A stretch of DNA of 64,000 bases from Octopus vulgaris. Its lineage: Eukaryota. The notes below the pieces were generated by a model. It saw only the letters and a program-made list of their open reading frames with translations, did no database searches and was not told the DNA's origin. The stretch is taken from the NCBI GenBank assembly GCA_951406725.2, contig OX597816.1, forward strand, positions 131,626,001-131,690,000. The letters are read 5' to 3'. Numbering within the stretch: the stretch's first letter is position 1; each line of letters opens with the position of its first letter. The position numbers and the translations under genes are program-made. Positions 1-12,599 of the stretch are shown piece by piece.

Positions 1-133
1 AATTTTCTGTTGTGTGTATATAAATGTACACACACACACACACATATACATCTCTCCATACATACATACATGTGTGCATATGTGTATGTATGCATGTATA
101 TATGTACACATACATATATGTGTGTTGAGAATG

Positions 134-300
134 TATGCATGGTCAAGTGATCAGAAGGTTTCATTCAGAATCACAAAGTCCCAGGTTCAATATCACTGTG
201 TAGCATCTTGAGCAGGTGTATTTGCCATAGCCTCACATCATGCCAAGCGTAGTGAGTGACTTCTGAGTTGATGGAATCTATAGAGAAGCTTATCAGTCAG
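134..300 (+). mobile_element. degenerate 5' part of SINE type A
   Basis: Weak match to the tRNA-like head and CTTGAGCAGGTGT...ATAGCC core of better-preserved copies (e.g. 56071-56474). Confidence 0.45.
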
Positions 301-317
301 ACTGTGACTGTAAATCA

Positions 318-520
318 CAGGGTGTTCCAGCAACTCAAAACTCAATTTCTGAATGGTTTAAATGGTGTGGGCAGCCATATGTTGGCATGTAATGTTGTGC
401 AACAATAACACTTGATTTGATAATAGACATCAGTATTTGGTATGATTCCTGGTTTCAGTTTGTAGGTCAGCATTTCTCTGTAGCCTACATTAGTAACTGT
501 AGACTCCTTTTCTAGGCAAT
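318..520 (-). mobile_element. local duplicate of an internal mariner transposase segment
   Basis: About 203 bp matching 1716-1918 with 5 mismatches by eye; no TIRs. Confidence 0.9.
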
Positions 521-675
521 ATTGTCATACAGCATCATACCAACTGTACCTGAGTTTTACATTAAGGGCATGTATGTCTGTGGAATACTCATACTCTGCA
601 TGCAGTAATTCAATGAGTAGGTCATCCATTTAATTGACCGACTGGAGGTTCATATATGGAAATTGGCAGAAGAGT

Positions 676-735
676 CCATCATCATCATCATTGTCATCAT
701 TGTCATCATCGTCGTCGTCATCATCGTCATCATCG

Positions 736-790
<55 letters not shown>
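676..790. repeat. (TCA/TCG)n microsatellite
   Basis: Direct reading; explains the poly-S/H/M ORFs. Confidence 0.97.
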
Positions 791-1639
791 GTATGTATGA
801 AGATATGTATGCATGTATGTAAGCATGTATCTATCTGGTTGTCTGTCTGTCTGGCTATGTAACACAATTAGAAAGGAATTTTATCAAATATTTTCTTAAA
901 ATTACCTCTTAAAAAAACCCAACAAAACAAACTATGTGTATGTGTGAGAGAGCATGTATGTGTATACATGTGTGCATGTGTGGATACACATTTCACTACA
1001 TTCCATATTTAATTAATTTTAATTAATTAAAATTTCTTGGCATACTATATTAGTTATGCTAGCACTCACTTTACTATATACAAACACACACACACACACA
1101 CAAACACATGCATTCACACACACACTGTGCTTTCAGGTTCAGTGGTTAAGAAGTTTTCTTTGCATTCCTGAAATTTGGGTTTGGTCGTACTTTATGGCAT
1201 TCTACTTTGGTCCATGCCATTTTCAATAACCTTAGGCAATCCCTTATTGTGTGCATGAAACTGAAGAGATAAAAACTGTGTGGAAAGCAATCAGATGGAT
1301 TTTCTTTGATGTCCAGGTCTAATGAGATCAGTTTGGTAGAGAGCATCATGTATGCCAAAGCAGAACTTATTGGACCTAAATATAAAAACATCAAGAAAGA
1401 TAGGTCTTCTATTTTGCTTTTGTACATTAATGTATGCCAGAGACTATGGTTACTGTTATAACCCTAGGCTTTTCTACCTCACTTTCTCCATATTTTTCTT
1501 TTGTATGTGTATGTGTGTGTACATGTAGGTGTGTATAAATGTGTGTGCATGTATGTATGTCTCTTAATGTCTTTCACTTTTTTCTCCTCTCTTTTTTTAA
1601 CCATAACCTGCCTTACCTTCTGTCACCCTCTATTCTGTA

Positions 1640-2683
1640 TGCTGTCCTGCTTCTGCTAGTTGTGCAGTCCTTTATGCATAAAGGATGTTTGAATGGGGAA
1701 GATCTGGGCTGTATTCAGGGTGTTCCAGCAACTCAAAACTCAATTTCTCAATGGTTTAAATGGTGTGGGCAGCCATATGTTGGCATGTAATGTTGTGCAA
1801 CAATAACACTTGATTTGATAACAGACATCAGTATTTGGTATGATTCCTGGTTTCAGTTTGTAGGCCAGCATTTCTCTGTAGCCTACATTGGTAACTGTAG
1901 ACTCCTTTTCTAGGTAATGTTCCAGAATAAGCACTCTTGCATCCCACAAAACGGTCAGCTTTACCTTTTCTGTGGAAGGATGAGTCTTGAATTTTTTTCA
2001 CTGGTGATTCTGGGTTTTCCCACTCCATACTCTGTTGTTTGGATCCTGGCTCAAAGTGATGGACACGGGTCTCATCTTCTGTGACTATTCTCTCTAAAAA
2101 AGTATTGCTTTCATTGTTGCAGTGGTTGAATGAGCATTGACACAGTTCCATATGATTGCACTTATGAACTTTGGTAAGCTCCCTTGGCACCCATCTTGCA
2201 CAGACTTTACAGAAGCAAAGTTTGTTGTAGATGATTTTGTACGTAGAGCCATGACTAATTTGCTGAGAATGTACCACTCAATCAATAGTCACTTGGTTCA
2301 CCAGAAACATCTCTTGAGTTTTTCTAATCTTCACATCGGTGGTGGAGGTTGATGGGTGTCCTACGTCCACAAAGTAGGACACCAAAAGTGATTTGTCCAT
2401 TTTTGGTCATTTTTAATTAAATTTCTTGATCCACTCATACACATTACTATGTGGTAGAGTAATGAATTTCAGCCCAAACACACCTTCAGGCCAGAAAAAT
2501 TAGATCACTGATCTCTGTTCTTCCTGGGTGCACACAGCCAGAAAGAAAACTGGAATGACCAAGGTCAAACCTTTGTTACATAACAGCAAGAGTACCATCT
2601 TTTAGCATGTGATCACTGAAGGCAGTGTCACCAACCTAAAGAAAGTTTTGGCTAAAGTGCAGATAATTTTTGACTTACTCTCA
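1640..2683 (-). pseudogene. decayed mariner (DD34D) transposon with 5' TIR
   Basis: Minus-strand frames give WVPREL, IVTEDETRVHHFEPGSKQQSMEW, WDARVLILEHYLEK and LEHPEYSPDL (mariner WVPxxL, GDETW, YSPDL motifs) with frameshifts. A TIR-like GTGCAGATAATTTTTGACTTACTCTCA lies at 2657-2683. Confidence 0.92.
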
Positions 2684-4514
2684 TCTCTATATTATAAATC
2701 TGAAATGCGAAAAGTTTGTTTGTTTGTCTGGTTTTGGCATTGAGAACGGGTTAAAGGCCACTAGATCCTGTCGGATTGACTCCAAAATTTACAGGGACAT
2801 GTAATATGAGGTGAGGATGTTAGTGGGCTAGGTTAGAAATCCCCATCTTAAAAGGTGTCGTTGCTAGGGCCAAAAACTCACTTTGACAAGTCTACTCTCA
2901 TTCTTTTATGTATCTGTCTTCCTCAGTCACTCACTCTCTTTCCTCCCTTCCCATCACTTTCTATATATAATGCCGTTTCACGGCATCTAACTCCCTTACC
3001 TTCACTTTCTCTTTATAACGTCGTTCTATATCTCCCCCCTCCCCGCCTTCGACAGCACTTTCACACTCTCTCTCTCTCTACGTCTGTCTGCATTCATAGA
3101 GAGAATTATCATCGTCACCACACAATCATGAGAACAAATATTATGAATCAGATATTTATTGGGTTAATTTATATATGTGTGTGTGTGTGTGTGTGTGCGT
3201 GTTCTATATATAAATATGTATATATAATGTATATATACGAAGTGTATATATCTGTACTTATGTATATTAAACTTTTTAATACTTTTTGATAGTTATATAT
3301 ATTTTTTTTAAAATTATAAATATAAATTAATAATTCTAATTTTAAATTTAAATAATTTAAATTTTTCAATTTTATATTTTATATATTTTGTATATTATAT
3401 TTTTATTTTTATGTTTTGGTTTATGTTTTTCACTCTTTGATTTGCCTATTAGTGGTTTTATCTCTAATTTAATTTATACATATATATATATAATTTGTAT
3501 ACATTTGTATATATAATGCGTGCACACACTCACACACATATATACATATATATATATATATATAATGTGTGCATTATTTGGTCGGTTGAGCTGAAATATG
3601 CACACCTATGTTAAAAGTGCTCGCAAGTTTGCATGACAACTATTTTTTTCCTCAAATGAAAGGCGTGACCTCTAGGACAAAATTCCTCATCTTATAAAAT
3701 GTGGCCCCAGTAGACCCGAATGAAATCGGGTTATATTAACCAAAATGTAAAAAGGGGTCTAAATAGGGCTGCAAGGGGATTAAAATTTAAAGGAGCGGGT
3801 GTTTAGGAATTCTCTGTTACATCAAGCTAAAAAATTTGCGCCAACCTTTTAATCGTCAATGTGTTGCCGTTCATGATGAAGAAGTTTTGAATGTTTGCCA
3901 TGGTGAGTCAACTGTCATGAGAAAGAATCACTTCAAAACTTGGTGTTTAGGAATTTTCTTTTACATCAAGTTTTTATTTCTCAACTTACTCAAGATCTTT
4001 TGTTGTTTATAAATGGGAGAGAGATTGATAAAGATAGAGAGTAAGAGAAAGTGAGGGAGAGTCCGAGAGTAAACAAAAGTAAGAGAGTGGGAAAGTGAGA
4101 GAGAAAGGAGAGAGAAACAAAGAGGGAGAATGATGATGATGATGATCATCATCGTTTAACGTCCGTTTTCCGTGCTAGCATGAGTTAGACAGTTTGACCG
4201 GGGTCTGGGAAGCCAGGAGGCTGCACCAGGCTCCAGTCTGATCTGGCAGTGTTTCTACAGCTGGATGCCCTTCCTAACGCCAACCACTCTGTGAGTGTAG
4301 TGGGTGCCTTTTTCGTGCCGCCGGCACAGGTGCCAGGGGGGCTGGCAGCAGCCACAATCGGTTGGTGCTTTTTACGTGCCACCGGCACAGAAGCCAGTCA
4401 AGGCGGCGCTGCAATCGGCCATGTTCGGATGGTGCTTTTTACGTGCTGAAAGGAAGCAACAGAAAGTAACAACCACACTCTTACCCGCGCATAGAGCGGG
4501 TCACCTTAAGCTAG
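2684..4514 (+). mobile_element. non-autonomous Helitron inserted at the mariner terminus
   Basis: Starts A|TCTCTATATTATAAA followed by a GTTT tract. Ends with hairpin ACCCGC-GCATAGA-GCGGGT (4483-4501), then CTAG|T at 4511-4515. No TSD. Confidence 0.8.
4130..4447 (-). mobile_element. SINE type C (RTE-like tail, GAT-repeat end) nested in the Helitron
   Basis: CATCATCGTTTAACGTCCG...CTGGATGCCCTTCCTAACGCCAACCAC...GGTGCTTTTTACGTGCC; recurs more than 10 times in the window. Confidence 0.9.
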
Positions 4515-4571
4515 TATATATATATATAAAGCAGAATAAGAGAATGATTCTAGATGAGAAGGCAAGAGAGG

Positions 4572-4624
<53 letters not shown>

Positions 4625-4626
<2 letters not shown>

Positions 4627-5020
4627 TTTACTTGTTTCAGTCATTTGACTGCAGCCATGCTGAGGCACCACTTTGGAGGGTATTAGTTGAACAAATCGAC
4701 CCCAAGACCTATTTTTTTTTAGGCCTAGTACGTATACTATCAGCCTCTTTTGCTGAACCACTAAGTTACAGGGATGTAAATACACCAACACTGGTTGTCA
4801 AACAGTGGTAGTGAGAACAAACGCAGACACAAAGACACACACACATACACATATATTAAACAACAGGCTTCTTTCAGTTTCCGTCAACCTGACCACTCAG
4901 AAGGCTTTGGTCAGCCTGAGGCTATAGTAGAAGACACTTGCTCAAGGTGCCACGCAGTGGGATTGAACCTGGAACCATGTGGTTGGGAAGCAAGCTTCTT
5001 ACCACACAGTCATGCCTATA
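4625..5020 (-). mobile_element. SINE type A (tRNA-derived head)
   Basis: Reverse complement of the 56071-56474 copy. Confidence 0.9.
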
Positions 5021-5565
5021 TATAATCTTTTATATTTGCTTCAGTCATTTGACTGTGGCCCTTCTGGAGCACTGCCTTGAAGGGTTTTAGTCAAATAAAT
5101 CGCCCACAGGAATCACATTTTTTTAAAGCTTAGTACTTATTCAATAAATCTCTTTTGACACTAATCCCTCTTGTCCTTTATATACTCTCTAAATTTATTG
5201 TGTATATTCTGTTCCTCTCTCCATTATCACATTCTCACAACTATAAATCTTTTCCTCTCATCATATTTTAGCCTCACTTGCCTTCTTATCTAGAATCATT
5301 CTCTTATTCTGCTTTCAGTCATTGGGTCTCTTTAGACTCTTTGGTTTTGTGAGTTACATGGCAACCTCACCAGAGCTGGTGCCATGTAAAAAGCATCCTG
5401 TACACTCTGTAAAGTGGTTGGTATTAAGAATGGCACCCAGCTATAAAAAGAAATATTAAAACAGAGACACTGGAGCATGATATGCTCTTTCAATTTGTTA
5501 GATCTTTGTCAGAATGTCTAATCCATACCAGTGTGGAGAGTGGACAAAACTGATTGTCCCTCTGT

Positions 5566-5568
5566 CTG

Positions 5569-5632
<64 letters not shown>

Positions 5633-5645
5633 CCTATCTATCTAT
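5566..5645. repeat. (TCTA)n microsatellite
   Basis: Direct reading. Confidence 0.95.
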
Positions 5646-6177
5646 TAATATATGTATGTATATATATATGTCTGTATGTATCTGTCTGTCTGTTTGTCTA
5701 TCTTTTTATCTCTCTCTCTCTTCACACACACACACATGCAATATGCACCTGTGTGAATATGTTGACGCGGGAAACTCATAATTGCGTAACAGTGTGACTC
5801 ATCAGCTTTGTGCATACAAATGGATACATATATGAACCGGTGCATGACTACATAAATACACACATGTCTATTAATGTATGTATGTGTGAGTGTGTTAATA
5901 ATTATCAACATTTATTGATTCTGATTTTCTATGCCAGCATGGATCCACTGTATGTAATCTTTTGTGTAACTTGCACCTGATTACATCTGTATGTTTTTCT
6001 TTTAATCTCAACTGGTGTTTGCTATAAATATATATACTTTGTAGTTATATGATTTTACAATTATGTAAGTTTTATCTGATCCTATGCACTTATTATTCTT
6101 TAAAAATTGAAATTTTATTTATTAATTTTGACTTTTAAAATTTGTTATTGTATTCATTGTCTATATTTATCTCGATT

Positions 6178-6372
6178 TACTCTTCACTTGTTTCAGTCAT
6201 TTGACTGCGGCCATGCTGGAGCACTGCCTTTAGTCGAGTAAATCGACCCCCAGGACTTATTCTTTGTAAGTCTAGTACTTATTCTATTGGTCTCTTTTGC
6301 CGAACTGCTAAATTACGGGTATGTAAACACACCAGCATCGGTTGCCAAGCATTGTTGGGGAGACAAACACAG

Positions 6373-6403
<31 letters not shown>

Positions 6404-6582
6404 CATATACATATGTATGATGGGCTTCTTTCAGTTTCTGGCTACCAAATCTACTCACAAGGCTTTGGCTGGCCTGAGGCTATAGTAGAAGACACTTGCC
6501 CAAGGTGCCACGCAGTGGGACTGAACCTGGAACCATGTGGTTGGTAAGCAAGCTACTTACCACACAGCCACTCCTGCGCCTA
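6178..6582 (-). mobile_element. full-length SINE type A
   Basis: Minus strand reads GGCGCAGGAGTGGCTGTGTGGTAAG (A box), GGTTCAGTCCC (B-box-like), through TGACTGAAACAAGT. Confidence 0.92.
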
Positions 6583-6639
6583 TAAAAATGTAAACACAAG
6601 CAAAATACTGCTAAGTATTTCGTTTCTGCCAGCTAACGT

Positions 6640-7053
6640 TTCTTATTTCTTTATTGCCCACAAGGGGCTACACACAGAAAGGGGACAAACAAGGACAGAC
6701 AAATGGATTAAGTCGATTACATCGACCCCAGTGTGTAACTGGTACTTAATTTATCGACCCTGAAAGGATGAAAGGCAAAGTCGATCTCGGCGGAATTTGA
6801 ACTCAGAACGTAAATATCTATTTCTTTACTACCCACAAGGGTCTAAACACAGAGAGGACAAACAAGGACAGACAAACGGATTAAGTCGATTATATCGACC
6901 CCCAGTGCGTAACTGGTACTTATTTAATTGACTCTGAAAGGATGAAAGGCAAAGTCAACCTCGGTGGAATTTGAACTCAGAACATAAAGACAGACAAAAT
7001 ACCGCTAAGCATTTTGCCCAGCGTGCTAACGTTTCTGCCAGCTCGCTGCCTTA
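6640..7053 (-). mobile_element. two tandem SINE type B copies with Tx1-like tail
   Basis: Conserved GACTTTGCCTTTCATCCTTTC..GGTCGATAAATTAAGTACCAG domain (resembles the Meta-type SINE central domain) and tail CCCCTTGTGGGCAATAAAGAAAT. Confidence 0.9.
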
Positions 7054-7086
7054 TGCCAGCTAAATAATTAAGATAGACAACTCTCT

Positions 7087-7720
7087 AAATGTTTTGTTAC
7101 TATATTTCTGTTGAAATACTCAACCTTGGTTTCAATTATTTTTGAAAAATAATGAAGAAGTTAATAAAAATAACTTTGCCAGTATTAATCTGGTGTTTGG
7201 AACTTAACAGGAAATTTTGATAGACGGTTTTTAACTAAGACCACTTTAACCCTTTAGCATTCAGATTACTCTGTCAAGTGTAATGTGTATTTATTCACAT
7301 TGATTTGAATTAGTCATGCATTACCTTGTAGTTTTGAGATTTCAATGATTTGATCGTTTATTTTTAGAATAGAGTCCACTCAGCTGGCAAAAATAAGTTG
7401 TACTTGTAATTCAAAGAACCAGTCTTGTCACATTCTGTGTCACTGAATCTCCTTGAGAACTACATTATGGGTGCACATCTCTGTGGATTGCTCAGTCACT
7501 TGCATGTTGCTCCATTGATCAAATCAACTAGAACCTTCGTCATCATAACCAATGGAGAGCTAGTTTTTTTGTTTGTTTTTTTCATAGAATATTGCGGGAT
7601 AAGTGTGAGAGACTGGATTTGGCCAATTTAAAGATAAAACAGGTGGAATATTTTGGCTGGATATGGCTGGTTCAAATACTAATGGGTTAAAACAGGCAGT
7701 TTGTATCATAGAACTAGTGG
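7087..7720 (+). mobile_element. piggyBac-type MITE (family of 26098-26318) interrupted by a second MITE
   Basis: Body matches the 26098 and 55648 copies and resumes after 7690 (AACAGGCAGTTTGTATCATAGAACTAG). Confidence 0.7.
7250..7686. mobile_element. second piggyBac-type MITE with TTAA TSD, carrying a SINE fragment (about 7372-7562)
   Basis: TTAA|CCCTTTAGCATT ... AATACTAATGGG|TTAA. Confidence 0.8.
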
Positions 7721-7929
7721 CTTAATGAGTGAATAAGGGAAATAAATCCAAGGTATTTAATTAAAATCATGTAAACCAATTTACTCACAGATTCTAGCAA
7801 ATGGCCATTAGTAAATTTCGTGACCAAATTTTCTCACCCATAGTAGTAGCTACATTACAAAATCTATGACATTAGCTTCACCCTTTGCAAATTTAATTTC
7901 CTCTTCTTCCCTGGTGTCTTTCACTATGA

Positions 7930-8900
7930 ATGCTAGAATCCCCTTCAGATCCCTTCCACTACAGTGATAGATTCCTAGCTCTCAAATTCTCCCTGAACCA
8001 TTCTATCTTGCTCACCTCTGGTATCCCTACTCTTCTCTGCCTCACCAAACATATCCTTATTCTCAGCAGGGTGTTCTATCAATATGTTACTGCACCCTTG
8101 CTATTGACCAGACCTTTGATCTCCTGTCCTGTACCATCACTACTTTCCCTTCTTCTTCACTTCATGTTCTCTTGAGCTCTCCAGCACATCATCTTATGAA
8201 ACATTCAATCTGACCTTGCTGCAACTGACGTCTTTTCTAAACACCATCTCTCTTCCTTCAGTGTCTATGATAACTGTTGTGGAGCTAATAGTAATAATGG
8301 CACACCCCTCCCACATGACAAGTGGTATGTGCTAGTTGCTATAAATAACGTGGTGTTGGTCAGTATAAAGTAGCCGGTCATAGATATCCATGGTCTTGTC
8401 TTACTAACTATAGTGCTATACCAGAGTGAGCATTATAACAATCTGACATTAAGGATTACAACACTAACCTGAGTGACCTTCTTGATTCCCAGTTCCTTCA
8501 GCCTTTGCCTCACCCAATGTCACTGCACCTGTCCCTCCATCCATTATCACCACACCGACACACTTCCACATCATCTTTCCATGTTATGAACCACTTCCCT
8601 GCACTGCTAAAATTGTTATCTGTTGTATCAAATGACAGCTCTGGGACATTATATGTAGAAGAAATTCTTTGTAGGTTGACTGTTTTTGTTTGAGACTGTT
8701 CAGCATATTTTATGTTTGAAAATCATGCATTTCTTTTTCCTCACAAGATTTTTTTTGCCTCTCATTTTCTTGACAAAAGACAACTGCCCAAAACATCAAT
8801 ATCTCTCTCTTTGTTTACAGCATATAACATTTTCTTTGTTTATTTTCTTCCTTTTTCTTTTTGTCCCACTTTTGGTTGCAGTTTGCCCTATGTTTTCAAG
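7930..8900 (+). pseudogene. decayed Penelope-like retroelement (RT and GIY-YIG remnants)
   Basis: ALKFSLNHS...PTLLCLTKHILIL..VFYQ resembles PLE RT. CHCTCPSI, SFHVMNHF and VICCIK*..GTLYVEEILCRL resemble the Cys motif and GIY-YIG (VIYCIxC..LYIGET.RRL). Many stops and deletions. Confidence 0.7.
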
Positions 8901-11518
8901 TGCCATTGAAGAGACAATAACATTAGTGAAAATGGATTGATAGTTGTTCACATTATGTGTTGAATAATCATTACCATACCATTAAAATAGCAAGGTAAAA
9001 AGTGTGTGAGAATTTCTAATCCTGAAGAGGAGACACATAAATAAGAAACTACCGTCTGCAAATATGATTATTTTCTTTTCACATTGATCGGAATATTAGA
9101 AGTACTCAAGCCCACACAAATATATATACTTAGTGGATTAGTGGATCTAGTCATGCACCTTTGAGGAAGTGTGCCTATGGATCAAACAACAATCTTAGCA
9201 AACTAGCCATGTAATGTTCATGTAGACATTATTTTAAAGTGGTTTGTACAAAGAACTCATTGAATGGGTCATTTTGCACATTGTTTAATTGTTAGTTCTG
9301 AGTTATATTAGGAGAAACCATGGTTGCTTTTACATTGCCTATTGCTAGTCTGAACTTAATTATTATAATAATTATTCTGGCACCTCAATTATTACACCAA
9401 CTCACATCTCTGCTAAGAGTACACAAACACCATTCATATCACAGTTATTACTCATACAAAAGAATGTATATCTGCGTTAGTGACCTACAAGGAGTCTGGC
9501 TGAAGTACATTTCCATCCCACTTCTTATACACAGTATACTCTAATTTCTCTCTAATCTAACACCTACAATCTCATCATGCCTATCTTTTATTATGCCAAC
9601 ATTATTAGTGGATGAGTTGAAAAATAAGCCATTTGTTGCAGTTTATCAAGGGATTGCTTGATGACAATCACGAAAGTGCTCACATCTGAGAGCATTGCTA
9701 CTTTTGCACAATAGTAACATGAAAGGTGTCAGTACTGTTAATGAAGTAAATGTTACAAATGGATGTACAGTGCTTTATGATTAATTAACAAGAATTTTAC
9801 GATTGGATGCTCATCATCAATAACCATTAACAGGGTGAAATGGATCTAGTCTGGTAAGACAGGATTAATGACCCATTCTGTCCGACAGAGCCGTGTCTTT
9901 CCTGTGTGTAATGATGAAAATTGTTCTCCGAGACAGATTGCCTTTTCTGAGTTTTAAGAAGACAAAGTTCATCTTTGGTCAGAAATTGAATTGTTGAAGA
10001 AGATTGGATATAAAAAAAGGGAGAGAATCCTAACAAAAGAATAGATTGAGTAGTAGGTTCTCAGTACAATAAAAGATTATTGATATAGGTTAGTTCTTGG
10101 TGGTAACATTGGCCACTAAAAAATTATTTAGTGACCACAGCACGAAGAAGGTGAGCTTGATTGCCTGGTGTCCACAGTAGAAAGAATAGGAAAAAGAAAT
10201 GAGAGATTAATGATAGTTTGGATATAAAATCAGTACATGGTGGGCCATAGATGAATCAAAGTAAATCATTCATTTATGATATACAATCGTTATAGATGCT
10301 TATAGGTCCAGTGTCATAGCTATGGCTCTTGGAGATGGTGGGGAGGCTGATATAATTTTGGCACCCCATTGTAATTAACAGATACGACAAGTATTAGGAA
10401 ATTTTGCACCCTTTCACACTTGAGCAAAAGGATGACAACCTGCTTAGTCCCTGTCCTTACAACATCTCTGTGCAATAGGAGGGAGTTCACAACCCTATTT
10501 TAAGGAACTAGAACTTATAGCTAAGAAGGAAAAGATTTGTAAATTCATCAACAAAAATACAGAAAATAGGAATTAGCAAAAGGGATCAACTGAGAATAGA
10601 ACATTTCATGGAAGATAGACAAACAAAATTCATTTTGATATGAGAACAGCATCGAAAAGAAAATCACGAAAAGCAGGGATTTTCCTTACATCATCTGGAA
10701 TTTTGTTGCTGTTGTCATTGTTTATACCCAGGTCAATCTCGATATTGTGGAACTATGATCAAAGACAATATTCATATAGTGTATTATATACTCAGAATAC
10801 CATACAGAGATATTATGTAACCATTTGGTGAAACTTTGTGCAACAACATTACTATGCTTGGGGACCACACACACGCACACACACAAAGATGTTCCATGTT
10901 TTATTGTCACACATACATGTATGTGTGTGTATACATTAGTATCTCTATTTACTAGTATGTATGGGTAAGTTTACAGATGCATAGACCAAACAATGCACAA
11001 GCACTCACAGATGCACAGAAAGATGGTAACTGACTACTAAAAAAAAATTACACAGATGGTAATAAAATTGAAAACCATTTATGCTTTGTTATCTACCCAA
11101 TTAACAGAACAACAGAACATGAACACTGACAACAACAGTAAAAGTACATATGTGCACACACGAGGGTGTATGTGTGTATGTGTATTTTAAAATTTTGCTT
11201 AAGTACAGTAATACTTTTAAACTGGTGTCAGAACTCAATATACAACTGTTTCAGAATAAAGAATCAGCTGAGTACTCTAATTCTTCTCCTCCCCTTCATT
11301 GTTCTCTTTTTCGCCCTCTAACTCCCTCACTATTCCTCCTTGACTCTCTCGTTGCTCACACGTGATCAGCGGCTATCTTTCTTTCTTCTCCTTGCCTTAC
11401 AAGAGACAATGCACATTTTTGCCTGTCTCCTGTCAAAGCTCGTTTCTTCAGCATTCACCACTTCACCTCATTATGACTTAACAGCCCTTACTATTTGTTT
11501 TTACTGTTTTGTTCTTAC

Positions 11519-11574
11519 TATCTCCGATGATAGAATATCCCTTACTCTGGGATATCCCAGAAACAGCTGTAAAA
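11519..11574 (+). ncRNA. decayed hammerhead ribozyme motif in a Penelope-like terminal repeat remnant (about 11170-11630)
   Basis: CCGATGA (CUGAUGA with U>C), stem ATATCCC/GGGATAT, GAAA, palindromic CAGCTG, TA. An inverted copy TACAACTGTTTC lies near 11241. Confidence 0.6.
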
Positions 11575-12024
11575 CTTTGAATCTTTTTTCCAAAAGTAAT
11601 AATGTATATGACTTCAGATATTTACCTTGCCTTAATGTTTGTATATACATACACACATGTACACACTTATATATAAATGTATTTACTTAAGTAACATGTA
11701 AAGAACAAAAATGCTGACACACTTGCAGAAGCACATTAAAGGCAACACTACACACAACACACACATGCATACACCAATACATATCAAAATAAGAAATGAC
11801 AGCTATGGGGGAAATTTTTTCCAAAGGACCACTTGTGTGATAAAAAGCTTTGACAAAGCAATTAACAAATTGATTGATTAATACAATGCACACACACATC
11901 TTTCTTCTTAGGTGTCACTTATAACTGAGTATGATTTAGTAGTTAGAAAGAATATTCTTCAAATATAATAAAGAAACTTGATTAATGATGCTTTTATCTT
12001 GACTGGAAATATTGCAGAATATTG

Positions 12025-12436
12025 GTTTCAAATTTTGGCACAAGGCTAGCAATTTGGGGGTGAGGGAAAGTCGATTACATCAACCCCAGTACTCAACTAG
12101 TATATATTTTATCAACCCCAAATGGATGAAAGGCAAAGTCCACCTTGTCAAAATTTGAACTCAGAACACAGAGACGGACAAAATGCCACTTACCATTTAG
12201 CTGGTGTACTAATTCTTCTGCTAGCTTGCTGCCTTTATATTGCAGAATACTGATTTCAAATTTTGGCACAAGGCTAGCAATTTTAGAGCAGAGGATAAGT
12301 CGATTACATTAACCCCAGTGTTCAACTGGTATTTATTTTATCGACTCCAACAGGATGAAAGGCAAAGTTGACCTTGGGGAAATTTGAACTTAGAATGTAA
12401 AGATGGACAAGATGCTGCTGTCTGTTCACTGCCTTT
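12025..12436 (-). mobile_element. two tandem SINE B copies separated and flanked by the same 16-bp target
   Basis: ATATTGCAGAATA(T/C)TG at 12009, 12237 and 12437. Confidence 0.88.
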
Positions 12437-12599
12437 ATATTGCAGAATATTGATGGGAGAATTAGTAAAATAGATCTTGCTCAAGCCTTTTCTATCTTTC
12501 TTCTTGTTTCATCTTAATGACTCTACAACTTTTACTTCTTTCTTTATAGCTCATTGTCTAGTTAGTTAGTGTCTTCTCCATGCAGTTGCAACTAGTCCA

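Noticed and set aside
1146-1427. 93-aa minus-strand ORF as a host exon
   Set aside because: No recognisable motif or convincing splice context; more likely decayed repeat sequence.
4795-6547. Recurrent peptide AIVEDTCPRCHAVGLNLEPCGW in many ORFs, suggesting a gene family
   Set aside because: Antisense translation of the SINE A head.
9020-9060. CTGAAGA...GAAAC...GTC possible hammerhead
   Set aside because: Stems I and II do not pair.
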